DNA of 63,871 nucleotides. It comes from Lytechinus pictus (Eukaryota). The translations under genes and the position numbers were made by a program. Below the pieces are notes generated by a model that was not told the DNA's origin, made no database searches, and saw only the letters and a program-made list of their open reading frames with translations. This document shows, piece by piece, positions 14,205 to 26,716 of this stretch. Where the stretch lies: positions 13,950,001 through 14,013,871 of the forward strand of contig NC_087252.1 of NCBI RefSeq assembly GCF_037042905.1, given 5' to 3'. Position 1 is the stretch's first letter, and every line of letters begins with the position of its first letter.

Positions 14205-14405
14205 GTTCAGATATGGTACATAAAATACAACTTCTCAATACTGAGCTTACTCACCAAAATATTGAATAAAAAAGGTCTAGCAAGATCCTTGACATATACA
14301 GAATGCAGTGTTAACAACTAAATTCAAGATAACCTCAAAATAAGGCAAAAAATCAACAAAATGAACAGAGCCCTAAATGAAAGAGGCTACCTCTATGGAG
14401 GCGCA

Positions 14406-14442
<37 letters not shown>

Positions 14443-14458
14443 ACGTCACACACTTTTT

Positions 14459-15032
14459 TATAATAATAACAATATTTGAAATTTATATAGCGCATAACAG
14501 TCAAAAGACTCTACATGCGCTTTACAAAATATATTTAATAGCTAATACATTAAATCTTATCTGAATTATACAATAAACCTAAAACTTAATCCTAAAATAC
14601 TTAATACAAATAATAATAAATTAAATCAATACATAAAGTTACATCACCAATGAAATGAAAACTTCCAATATTTAACAACATAATATATTTAACATTAAAA
14701 AATGACTATTTTGAAAATAAGTTAGCTTTGAGCATTGATTTAAAGATGGGGAAGGATGATGCAGTTTTTATATTTAATGGTAAAGAATTCCAGAGTGCAG
14801 GGGCAGATAAAGAAAGGGCTCTTTGGCCATATATATTTGTATTTTTTGAGGGAACAGTGAGGAGATGTTGTAAGGATGATCAAAGGTTACGTCTTGGTTG
14901 ATATGGTTCTATGAGTTCTGGAATGTACCGTGGGGAGAGGCAATTCTGGGCTTTATAACAGAGGATGAGTATCTTAAAGATTATACGTTTTTCAACGGGC
15001 AACCAATGGAGCTTAACTAGTACAGGAGAAAT
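14459..15032 (-). mobile_element. 5'-truncated L2 LINE 3' fragment (different family)
   Basis: Encodes ISPVLVKLHWLPVEKRIIFKIL...; 3' stem-loop gcgcat..atgcgc plus an att-rich tail. Confidence 0.8.
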
Positions 15033-15415
15033 TGCTTTTAGTATATGAAATGTGAAATATTCTAATTTTCTCCCCTCCTCTTTGTCACGTGAAACACAAT
15101 TTATTACTCCTTGAACATGTTGTACTTTCGTCGTTGTAGTATTTCATTGATTGGGCAAGTTAATCCGTACTGTCAGATCTGTGAAAATTAAAGTATTGTT
15201 TAATTCAAACAATAAAACACAAAAGAAGTAGCGAGTGAGGGGCATCATCTGCTCTCTGATTTGCATGTATTAGTTTTACATACAACTGTTTTGTAAAAAA
15301 GCTAAACTTTCCACAACAAAAACACTTTGTTTTACAACGGATTGTGACGAAATTTATAGCGCGTGTTTGATTGTTCTCAATATAACTTGAATTAATATTT
15401 TCTGGAATGGACCTG

Positions 15416-17048
15416 TATCGGCCGCATAGAAACGCTGTTAGCGTAACATTTCGCTAACACTGCGCTAACAAAGGGTCCTGTTACAACCGGTAATCTCGCT
15501 GCGATTGTTATAATGCATCATTTATATCTGAGATCAACGCTTGACATCACAATTTGTATAGTATTATCCATTAACAAATCAGCTCCTAACAACATGAGTA
15601 GAATTACCTCCACAGAAGGCACAGAAAGCTGTTGTTAGGTGATTAGAGTTAGGCAAAATCAAAAATTTCTAGATTTAACTTAGATTTAGTTATGATCATT
15701 TGCACATCCTACAAGTTTAAAATCTTGTCTAGGAAAGGGTAAAGGAATGTAATTCATTATCATATAGGCCTACAAAATTGAATTATTATTGCATTTTAAA
15801 CATGAAATTGCAGCAGGTAGTAAATATGTATTTACTAATATGATTTTAAAAATATCGAATAAGCTTTTAAAAAAGTAAAAAAATAAAAATCATGATATTA
15901 CGATGGAGATTCTGTAAAAAAAAATGCAATCCCAGTTTTCATCAGTTTCTTTTGTTTGAAAATGCTCTTCACAGACTTCAATCATCATGCTCATAATAGA
16001 GTATTTGCCAATGATGGTTACCATGCGATAAATTTCATTAGCTAATGTTCTTTCTAATGTACGGTCTATTCATAAAATATCTTTAAACACCTAAATAAAA
16101 TATCTTGGAAGAAAAAAATCTTTTTAAAGGATCATATATCTTGGCACTAATCAGCATTCCCGTTATATAGCTATTCCTAAAGGGATACTCCAGGCTGAAG
16201 AAAATAATACGGTTTGAACAGTAAAGTGAGACAAACAAAACACTGACAAATTTTTAAAAAATTGAAATGAATAAAAAAAATTATGGTATCTTAAAATTTT
16301 GCATTAGGCCCTATTTCGGTGAAATGTATATTCATGTCTTCAGGAATATGCAATGAGGGTCTGTTGTATCATACAAAATTAGGTTTTATTTAAATTTTGT
16401 CTACACATAATGTTTCGTCAAAGATCATCATTTTGTTACTCGTGCGACATACACACATTCGAGACAATAATTACGAGGTCCTTTCAATAAAAGCAGAAAA
16501 AGGGGAAAGAGCTAGAGGATATGGCATTATCGTTCCATTTATTGCATATTCATGGCCACATGCTGCTCAGTAATATCAGTTGCAAAATACAATGTTTAAT
16601 TTTCAATATTCAAGAATTTTGTTATTTTTATCAGGTTTTGATGAAATTTTCAGCAATTTGCTTATTTAATTTTACTCAATTTATTCATAAAATATTGTTG
16701 GGCCCAGAATACCCCTTCGGTCGAGGTATATTTTGAGTTACTTAGTTTTAGAAAGAGAGACAAGTTTTAAAGAGAGAAATTATTCACTAACATCGTCACT
16801 ATTGGTGCCCTTGGCACTGTTAGTGATTTGTATTAACATTAGCGCCACTGTTAGCTTCTGCTAAGCCTTTTATTGTTAAAATATTAGGAATTCGGCTAAG
16901 CTTCTGTGAGTTTATCGATACCAGTAGGCCTACTTTTAGTGCTCTGTTAGTGAAGACAATGCGTCAAAGCGGGTCACGCGTGAAAGGTGTGACCGGCCCT
17001 AAAATAGCTTTCTGTTACGCTAACAACGCTTCTGTGCGGTCGCCCCTG
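15416..17048. mobile_element. Non-autonomous TIR element splitting the end of a Kolobok-like MITE; contains another MITE (16181-16716)
   Basis: ~30-bp inverted repeat cggccgcatagaaacgctgttagcgtaaca / tgttacgctaacaacgcttctgtgcggtcg. Removing it restores ...ggacctg|acctttaa. Confidence 0.55.
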
Positions 17049-17460
17049 ACCTTTAACGTGGATATACATTTTTATCATGCATTTATGGAAACGAAATCTC
17101 TAGCCTCATTTATATTATACAAAATGGTACATTCGTGGATGAAGTAGTTGTTTTTCCTCTAGTCGGACTTTCAAATCACATCTTTATCGGACTAAAAGTA
17201 GGATTAAATAGGTGATATTTTTTAGGGAACAGATTTTCTGAGCTCGTTTATCCCCTTTCTCAACATGGCGATAATTTTGGTCTTTGGTCCGACAGTCCGA
17301 GAACTATGTGTGCGTCCAAAAATCTGCCTATTAGCTAGGGCCATTATGGTATGGTCACATCCCACCGAAATTTTAATTGCAGTAAATTTACAGTCAGAGT
17401 TGATATCAGTAACATTATCAATTCTACAATAAAAGCTTTGTAATTGCTCCCATAAAATAG

Positions 17461-20400
17461 GTACATTAACTTCGGAAGTACCAGACGATACCGTGTACAC
17501 TGATGGACAGAAAACAGTACGGATGGGCGACAGTGTTGTCCTGACATGTCGGTTTCGAGGCTCACCTTTGGCTGTCTACTGGAAGAAAGGTGATGACCCA
17601 AGAACCGCACCAAACCTTGTATCATGGATTCTTGATGATGACGACACTAGTAAATCATGTGTAGATCAAAGCATATGTGAGATCATGGAGATGAATGAGA
17701 ATCGTTCTTTGATCATCAAAGAAGTCAGCATTGCAGAGGAAGGTCGATACATTTGTAGAGTATCGGACTACAAGGGAGACTTCATCCATAACTTTACGGA
17801 TATCCGTGTATTTTGTAAGTCGTGCATATTTTATCAATGCTGATATTGATGCGTTGTAACCATTACCATAAAAGAGAACAGATTTGTATAATATACACAA
17901 TGGCGTATCTAGGGAGGGAAAAGGGGGCACATGCCACGGACGCGCAATTATTTTCCCCACCGCACTTCCGGACCCCATGACTACATGATATATCGAGGTT
18001 TTTACCTGACTGCTAAGAAAGCACGAATGCCTGTGAGCAAGCAACCAGGGGACCGACGGCTATGAATATTAATGACTTGAGTCTTCGGAATAAGAGACTA
18101 CCAAACTCTTTGGCCTAACGTACGTAAGCAAACGTTAAGTTCGGAATTATCCAGTTCTAATTTAACCATGAGTCATGACATTGATCAGGCTAGCCTATCC
18201 TATATAGCATTTTGTCTTGTCATTAATGGCAATCTGAAAAGTGTTTAAGAATTGGATCTAGATATATATGTAGATCTAAGGCCTATGTATTAGTAATTTG
18301 AGGGTGCTGATTCATTTGTGTCTACATGAACGGTCACAATTAATTTTGTAAATAATAAGTCCTTACCCAAGAGTACTGTTATTAGGTTTAGAATCGTTCA
18401 TATTGAAATAAAGGTGATCAATATTCATGGCACAACCCAATTTTACATCCGAGTTTTATGACATTACCAGTGTTAGGCTTATTGGATTTTGCTCTTTTTG
18501 ATTCAAAGCAACTCTTTGTTAGGGTGGACTTGTCATTTAAGTGGGTCTTATCTGCTTCAATAATTCTGACATGATAAATGTCCTACATGTTTTTGCCTTA
18601 AAACATCATAAGGAAATGGAACAACGGGGCTGTGATCAAATTCCACCTGTGGGTGAAATAATTTTTACAATTTCTTCATTTGACTTCTGCAAAGATTTCT
18701 TCGCCCTCTCTCATTTCCTTGTCCTCTTATTTTGTAGCGCCTCCTTCTGAACCGTATCCACGTATTGAGGAATGCCCAGGGGAACCCGTCAACAATGCTC
18801 CGCAATCTTGCAGCCTCTCGACTTTTGACACTGTCACCATCACCTGCACAGCATCGAATTACTTTCCCGACATTGATCTGTTCTTCATCCACGAATCTAT
18901 TACGACGAACGCAACATACTCGCATATCATCGAAGAGACAAACGTGGACGGCACTAAAAACAAATCGGTTTCCATCGTCGCCAAGCCGAGTGAAAACCCC
19001 TATGTGTGCGTGGCGTCCCGTATCCCTGGATCGCAAGACCGAAGGACAGTTAGTGTAACAGTGTATCCTATTGAGACAAAAGTTACCATGACGACAGCAC
19101 AAACTAATCAAACGACTCCACCTCGCCAGAGACATGTAGCAGCCAAAGTTGGTAAGCACTGTATCTTTGTGAGACCTGTGTTAAAATAGGCCTCTACTAT
19201 GTTCTTGTGTTATGATGAATATGATACATTGCGTGTACATGTGTGTTTGCGGGTGGGTGTGTGTGTGTTGGGGTGGGGTGGGTCAGTTCCTTTTTTTCTA
19301 GTGTGATTTCCTTGTATGTGGTAGAGGTTGTTCCCTCGTGTGTTGGGAATATATATGCAGTACCAATTATTATACCAAATTTAGAAAGAGAACCACCTAT
19401 CATAAAACATAAATTTTGATTATTTATAATTTATGTTATCAAAGGCAAGTTATGTTGCTTAGCGTTGCCGTATTGATACCGACGATTTCCATCTAAAACC
19501 AGTCAGGAAAAAGGTAAAAACTAGAAGAAAATGAAATACATAACAAATTGTAAAAGCAATTAATTATGGAATGGAATAAGTAGGCATAATACCAAATGGA
19601 ATAAGTAGGCATAATACAATTTTTTAATGTATATTTGCTAAGAATTCAAAAAGTGTTGTTTTTTTACTTGCACTTGTTTTCAATACAGCATGTATCAGGA
19701 AAGCATTTATGTATTTAACTTTTTAACGTTTCCTTCTTATCCAATCGATGAAATTTAGATTTTCGAAGCTAATGATTGCTACATAATGTAGTATTACATA
19801 CTTGATACAAGCTAATTCTCAACATTACATTTGTTTTTGCTTCTTTATCTCTGTGTATATTAGTTGTACCACTTATTCTGGTAGCGGTTCTTGTTTGCAT
19901 CTTCATCTGGTGTTATAGGAAGAGGAGGGCATCGAATCACGGTATGCATATAATCACCTGATAATATAATCATCTAAATTTGAATGATTCGTATATAATT
20001 TAGTAATATGCAATAAGAGAATGAATTAAACATTTAAAAGTAACATTAAAACGGGTCTTTTTTAAGGTCGTCGACCTTAAGGGGGAAATCTTTAACCTTA
20101 ATAGCTACATCCTGCTGTCAAATCCTTGGATAATCGTATTGATCGTGGTAGATCTTACCATATATTGATTTCCGTCATGGCAATCGTTGTGATTGTAGAG
20201 GAACAATTAGGACGGCTTAAAACTTTTTCCGATCAGCTATACTAAATATCAATCATAACGGATGCACAACAGTGTGAACGAGCTGCAAGTCGTTTTCTTT
20301 ACTTTTATTAATGTTACTGTTGAACTTGTAGGCCTAGTTTTTGCTGATGCGTAATCACTTTATACAAATGTTAAGGTTGCTGGACTTAGGCCTAGGCCTG

Positions 20401-20701
20401 TCGAGCTAATGCTAACCAATTCTTAGGTAGGATGCGCACGGATTCTACCCGACTCCAGTCAGTGAGAGGTCCGCTGCGCTGCCGTTTCACTCAGAATGTG
20501 AATTGTAAACGTGCAGGCTAACTTACAATAACTTATTGTAGACGCTATAGTTGTTAGGTATGCTTATTCACTATGTAAGTATCCTTTATGAATGGCTGTC
20601 ATGGAATTAAATTTTTGCATGATAATCTTGACGAATTCTACACAAACTTTTCAGATTGATCCACATCTTATATTTCATTTGTTTTTATTTTTTAAGGATA
20701 A
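17461..20701 (+). CDS. Immunoglobulin-superfamily membrane receptor: IgV + C1/C2-like Ig + TM + short tail
   Basis: Phase-1 exons with ag/gt boundaries: 17461-17814 (V: VLTC..VYWKK..EEGRYIC), 18738-19151 (ITCTASNYFP..NVDGT..YVC plus Thr-rich stalk), 19864-19941 (VVPLILVAVLVCIFIWCY-RKRR), and a probable last exon from 20697 (G-stop). The leader exon is unresolved; a candidate ATG is at 17265. Confidence 0.85.
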
Positions 20702-22286
20702 ACGGTGTGGATCTATATTCAACTGGATAGGGTCAAGCCAGGGAGCATGCGCAGATCAACGTTGAGAAAACATTTCGAGCATGAGCATGCACAGATCTCC
20801 CCATGGAATTATATCAAAAAATACGGAGCTATTTGCAGCGATGTGTTTTTCCTATTGGAATCTTTGTCACATGATCACAAATTGACCAATCGTTTTTCTA
20901 TAATACTCATGAATATTCATCAAGGGGATATAAGTATATGCGTATATAAATATACGTATAGAGAATCCACATATGATTAGTGCAAAACCCCATGTTAAGA
21001 GTGCTGGAATATATAATGTATAGGAGCAATAAACAAATAAGTAGAAAGTATTATGACTACATGCACTACAGATTTGTTTCGTATGAACAGCAAAAATGCT
21101 GCTCACACTTTTCATGTACAAAGTAAAGGGATTGAGTACAGTTTATATAAGTTTATTTATGGGAAGTTCATGATAGACTGTGACTAAGAAGGGATGAGTA
21201 CAGAGATTTAACCCAAAAGACTGTGCTATTTGAGATCTATTGAGGACTGGTTGGCATGACCCCCCCCCCCCCACTACCACTTGAAGTTTGCACTGTTGTT
21301 TGTATCGTTTGACGTGATTATGTACGACGTGATATTCTATAGCTTGGATTCAACATTCCAATCAAATCCGGAGGAAATTTTAAAGACAATTATGAGTGTT
21401 ATTATTCTTTATTCATCTGTATATAGACCTGCGCAATGGAACGGTATGGAGTCGTAAAGGTAGCAGATGATTAGATCATTGATACTGTCATGTCAACATC
21501 GTGCAAAACGATTTGACAAGATAAGAAAAACTATTCATCATACTCATGTGAACATCCTTTACACGAAGGATGACAATATCTCTGATCTTTGCGTGTCATA
21601 TAGAATGTCATTTAGAATGTCAGATCACGGTGACTTCCTTTAAAAGAGATGATCATGTGACAAGATCTCGGATCTCGCCATGTCCACACACTTTACAAGA
21701 GATCAGATGATCAGATATCATCAATTATTGACTTTGATCAGAATTGATTAGATGGCAAGATGTCTGCCCACATGAATTCGCCTCGTGCGCCACCATTAAA
21801 TCAAAATTTCAAGTTCCTTGCCATCTGACGCGACGAATTTCGAGATTTTGCCATTTTCTCATCTCTTCTAACATGTCTATAGGATGTTGACATGACGAGG
21901 TCCTGAATTTTGTCTTCATCGTCTCTTCTAAACAGATAAGAAAATGTTTTCATACCTTACCACCTCTTCTAAATGTTGTGTTTGGCTTGCATAGATCGTG
22001 AAACTAGTCATTAACCGGATTTTTTCATGACAAAGTAATTACCTGTACACCCAGATGGCGCTTTTAAGCTTCCATCCATACAACACAAGTCTACAAGAAC
22101 TTTTTGTATCATATTTCCATGAATGCCTGTTTTGAAAGCGATCCAATGACCATAATATATTTCAAAACTGAAAATAAGAATTCCTAATTCGATTTTTGGT
22201 GGTAGGGTAGGTGTATTAATACTGTCGGAATTGTGAAACTCCAAGTTAGTTTTACATTTTTTATGAACAGGCGTGTTTCTCATAAC

Positions 22287-23780
22287 TGTTCAGTTCAGTT
22301 CATTTATTTAAAATTCCATATAAAAATAACATTATGAAAAATACATTTATCTATACACAACAGAAAAGCAAAGATTAAACAATAATTTGGTATACATGGT
22401 ATATACGAATAATGTTAACGTACTGTAGTTTACAGGAATTAGGGGAAAGCCACAAAAAGCCAGATGGCTTGTCGAGCAGGCTACCATAGTAGGGGGAAAT
22501 AAATTATTGTCAATATTTAAATAAACCAGATATAAAACTATATTGAAATTAAATTAACAGAAGAATAGGACAGATACCACACAACCCTATACAAAGCAGC
22601 ATATCTAAAATATTTAAGATGTTAGCAAATATTTCTTAAGTTTCCTTTTAAATACGTTAAGTGTTTTACAAGACCGAATTTCAATTGAAATACTATTCCA
22701 AACTTTTGGGGCACGATGTCGGAAAGATTGAAATGTAAAATATTTTGCAACTGGGTACAAGTGATAATTTTCCCTAGTTCTTGTGTTACAACTATGTATA
22801 TTACAATTTTTATTTATCATACAGGAAATTGTGTTAGGAAGAATTTTATTTTCATGTTTAAATAAAAGTATGGCACATTGGTAATCATTTATATTAAATA
22901 TATTAAGTACATTCAGTTGAACAAAAAGATCTTTTGTATGAGCCAAATAATGAGAACGAGTGCATATTCTGACTACTTTCTTTTGGAGAAGATACAATGG
23001 TTGTAGTTTTGAATGATAAGTATTAGCCCATACAATATTGCAATAACTTAGGTAAGATAGGATTAATGTATTATATAAAGTCAAAAGGATTCGTTGAGGG
23101 AGAATATGACGGAGATGATAACACCAACATTTTTGCTACCTTATTGGTAATAGTAGAAATATGAATACTTCATGATAATTTTTCATCTATTAAAACACCT
23201 AAAGATTTTGTATGATGGGCAAGTTCAATAATTTTATCATTCATTTTGATTTGAAAATTATTCAAAGATTGCTGTGTTGAATTTTTTGAGTTGATATAAA
23301 AATATACATAATTAGATTTTGTCTGTATTCAATAAAAGTTTATTTGAAGAGAACCAGGGTGAGACTTTCTTCAGTTCAGTATTAAGTTAAGTATTTAATG
23401 AAGAAAATGAATCACTGGAGATTAAAATGTTGGTCAGTGCAATATGGTAATCATTCATAAAAAATTAAAATAACAGTGGGCCGAGAATGAACCCTTGAGG
23501 AACGCCACATGAAATTTCATTGTACGATACATATTGGGATCTATCATACAAATAGTGTTTGAACCAGAGTAAAGAGGTGCCTCTAACACCATAACATTGC
23601 AATTTCTACAATAATATTTGAAAATCTATACAGTCGAAAGCTTTACTAAGATCAAGGAATATACCAATAGTAATTAATTTTTTATCTAAAGCATCAACAA
23701 TGTAGTCATGTAATTTTATAAAGTCAGTGGAGTAATTCTTCAAAAAATCCAAATTGATACTGGTTCAAGATATTATTCAA
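22287..23780 (-). mobile_element. Degraded CR1-type LINE 3' half (RT)
   Basis: ORF 22614-23084 (LYNTLILSYLSYCNIVW...FKRKLK); upstream GVPQG and DLSKAFD remnants; aataaa-(tgaac)n tail. Confidence 0.85.
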
Positions 23781-25621
23781 GATATAAACACACACTCTCC
23801 CACATGTGCACTTGTAATTGCGGCGGGGCGGGGAGTGTAACCCCCCCCCCCCCCGCAACACACACAACTCACCACAACACGCACACACCATCTCACTCAC
23901 ACATACACATACTAGTCGCAAAAAAATGAGGGCAAAATTTGTTGTAGGTCCATGCATTTTTTTTTACTTTCGATGGGAATGCTTCAAACGGAAACATACC
24001 GCCAATGTTTTTGGGAAACGCGTCCCCGGTGTGTTAGTGGGGTGTCACACTACGTCCCCAGTTTTCAAGCAATTAAAAGTTTATACAAGCATGCACCCGT
24101 ATGGATTGTACCTTTGAAGATTCTTATATCAAACTTATACTACACAGTTTCCAATTGCCAGACCTCTTACTTTGTACAGATCAGTATCATAATCCATCTC
24201 TGCAATATATATTTTTACTATCTTTATGTATGTACAAATATTTAAAATATTTGATATATATTTTATACAAACCATAATGACAAACAAACAAATCTCACAA
24301 ATCATCAATCCCACTCGATGCCACTTAAAAATCTGCAACCATTATGTAAATGTTGTTACTTATCGTCCATTCTGCTGATATCAATCCCAACAAGAACTTA
24401 ACTTCCCGGCTAAACCACTACAATATTGTTAAAAACATTGACACTACGACTTCCTATTGAATTTTTATTTGTTACGTCATTCGAATCAACATCGGTTCAT
24501 TATCGAAATATGCCAATACGGTGACAGGGCCCATTTTCTAAAGCAGTTACATGACACGGTTTAACACAAGACATGTAAAACATTGCTTTAACAAACTTGT
24601 TCTAATGAAATTTAGAACGCAAAATAAATATTCTATGCAGACGAGAATTCAAAAGAGAATTTGCATCTAGAATTATCGAATTTCAAATGGCATGATAAAA
24701 GCAGATGGAAATTAAAATGATGAAGACTTAGCACCAAGGAAATGAAGACTTTTATAGAAATCATTCGTAACTCACGAACAGCTTTATGAAACGACATTTC
24801 GCAAAGTTACGCGCAACATTACGCGAGACTGGTACATGATCTTAGGTGCGGCTGCTGTGTCAGCTACATATACATATGGATCATTTAGCAAAATAAATGG
24901 TCACCAGTCATGCATAAAGTCGTGCGGAGCTCATACAAACCCTTATGAAACAGTACCCTAAGAGATAAGGTCCGGGTCGTCTCATCAAACTGTTCGTAAG
25001 TTAAGAGCGACACTAAGAACGACTGGTGACCCTTTCTTACGCGCTAAATAATCACCAGTGAACAATCAATGGTGTATACCATTCATTCCAAGAAAGGATC
25101 ACCAGTCGTTCCTAAACTCGCTCTTAACTTGATTACAGCTTCATGAAACACACGCCCGGCACGCAAGCCTACATTCCCTTTTTCCACCGAGCAAGAAAGA
25201 GTTGCAATCAAATGAAATTCTAAAGATCGTTCGCAACTTGATTTCCAACCAATCAACAGCTCACCTTTGGGATTTGCAATTGACATTTTGACTTGCGTTT
25301 GAATGCAACACTTTATGCAACAGGCCTCTGAAGTGAATAATCATGGAGACCTCAATGTGCCGACAGCTCGACCAAAATGATCAATATGTCCAATATTTCA
25401 TGAAATGTATAAAGACATGGTGATTCGTTCCTCGTAGCGAGAAAAAAATATTAGTGCACTCCCCGTCTCTTCACTTTTTGTCCTGTGGCCTCGGAACAAA
25501 TCCTTTAATGAAGAGAAAGATTTGAAAAGAAAAAAATACAAATTCTAGAGAAAGTATATTAGGGAATAACTCATTTACCAGTCTCACGTAGGGTGTGAAA
25601 TCTCTTATAATTACAATAACA

Positions 25622-26220
25622 TTTTTTTATTTATTTATTCGACAAGAATTAATAGTACATATATATATATATGAATATATTAACTTCAAGTTTTCAGTTT
25701 ATTGAGTAATTTACGAAATTTATTTATGTTTTGATTTATTTTTTTTTTCATTACGTTATAATGATGCATTCAATTTTTTTAGGAGGGGCATTTGGAAAAA
25801 TATTTGTCATAGAAAACCCATTTGAATTGCAAATTATTCTCAGATGTAGCAAATAAAGACTGCTATATAATACGATAGCAGGCAGTACAATTAATATTTC
25901 AATCGAAAAATACGGAAATAGGTTAATACATAAATAATGAGTAACAATATCGGGTACTCTATAAAGTCGAAACAAAAATCGGGATTAATAAAATGTCAAA
26001 AATGACATTTGGTAAAAACAAGTTGTAGACAAATAATATTCCAGCTTGTTGTAGCAGGCATAGAATGAATTATGACTGTTAATTTATAGAAGTTCCACTC
26101 TTAGAAAAATATATGTGGTTGGTTTTATGAATCTATCCCAACTAATGGGTTAAAATGGTGACACGAAAAAAAAAGAACGGAGACTTTGTTTTTAGTCGGC
26201 AGTGCAGGATCATAGGTTAA
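25622..26220 (-). mobile_element. Highly degraded non-LTR retrotransposon 3' fragment
   Basis: A-rich tail on the minus strand and remnant C-terminal coding-like sequence; weak. Confidence 0.3.
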
Positions 26221-26716
26221 CCCATTGCCGTGAGCGCAGGTGATATTAAAATTTCAGAATTTTGGTGACCCAAATGACTTGTTTCAAAGGAGATAACAAT
26301 CATAATAGTTCTCAAGTTAAAAAATGCTTTATCGCTTACTTATATCCATGAACAGAATGAATTATTGTGTAATAATAGTGTGTCTCGAAAGAGGTTATTT
26401 CTAGATGGATGGCGCTATATAAATGCCTATTATTATCATTATTATTTTCTTTATTATAAGTGTTGTTGTTGTTGCTGTTGTTAATATTGTTAATGTCCCA
26501 GGTGACAAGCCATGGTCGGGTCAAAACAACGTTATCACCACTCACTTATGACATTTTGCGTTTATTATCTTTTAATGAAAATAATAATAATAATAACGAT
26601 AACAATAATGTGACTTATAAAGCGCCAAATCCACTCTGTAGAGTGCTCAAGGCGCATAAAGAGCTAAGAGTTAAAAAAAGTTTTAACCACCAATTGCCTA
26701 TTTGGTCTTTCTTTTT

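Larger units (their letters stand above)
10611..14440 (-). mobile_element. Near full-length L2-clade LINE (single APE-RT ORF)
   Basis: APE endonuclease motifs (WNARSL, ITESW, YRPP, GDFN, TLDL, SDH) and RT motifs (GVPQGSVVGP, YADD, LHWLPV). The 3' end has a gcgcttt..aaagcgc stem-loop followed by an (ATT)n tail. Confidence 0.93.
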
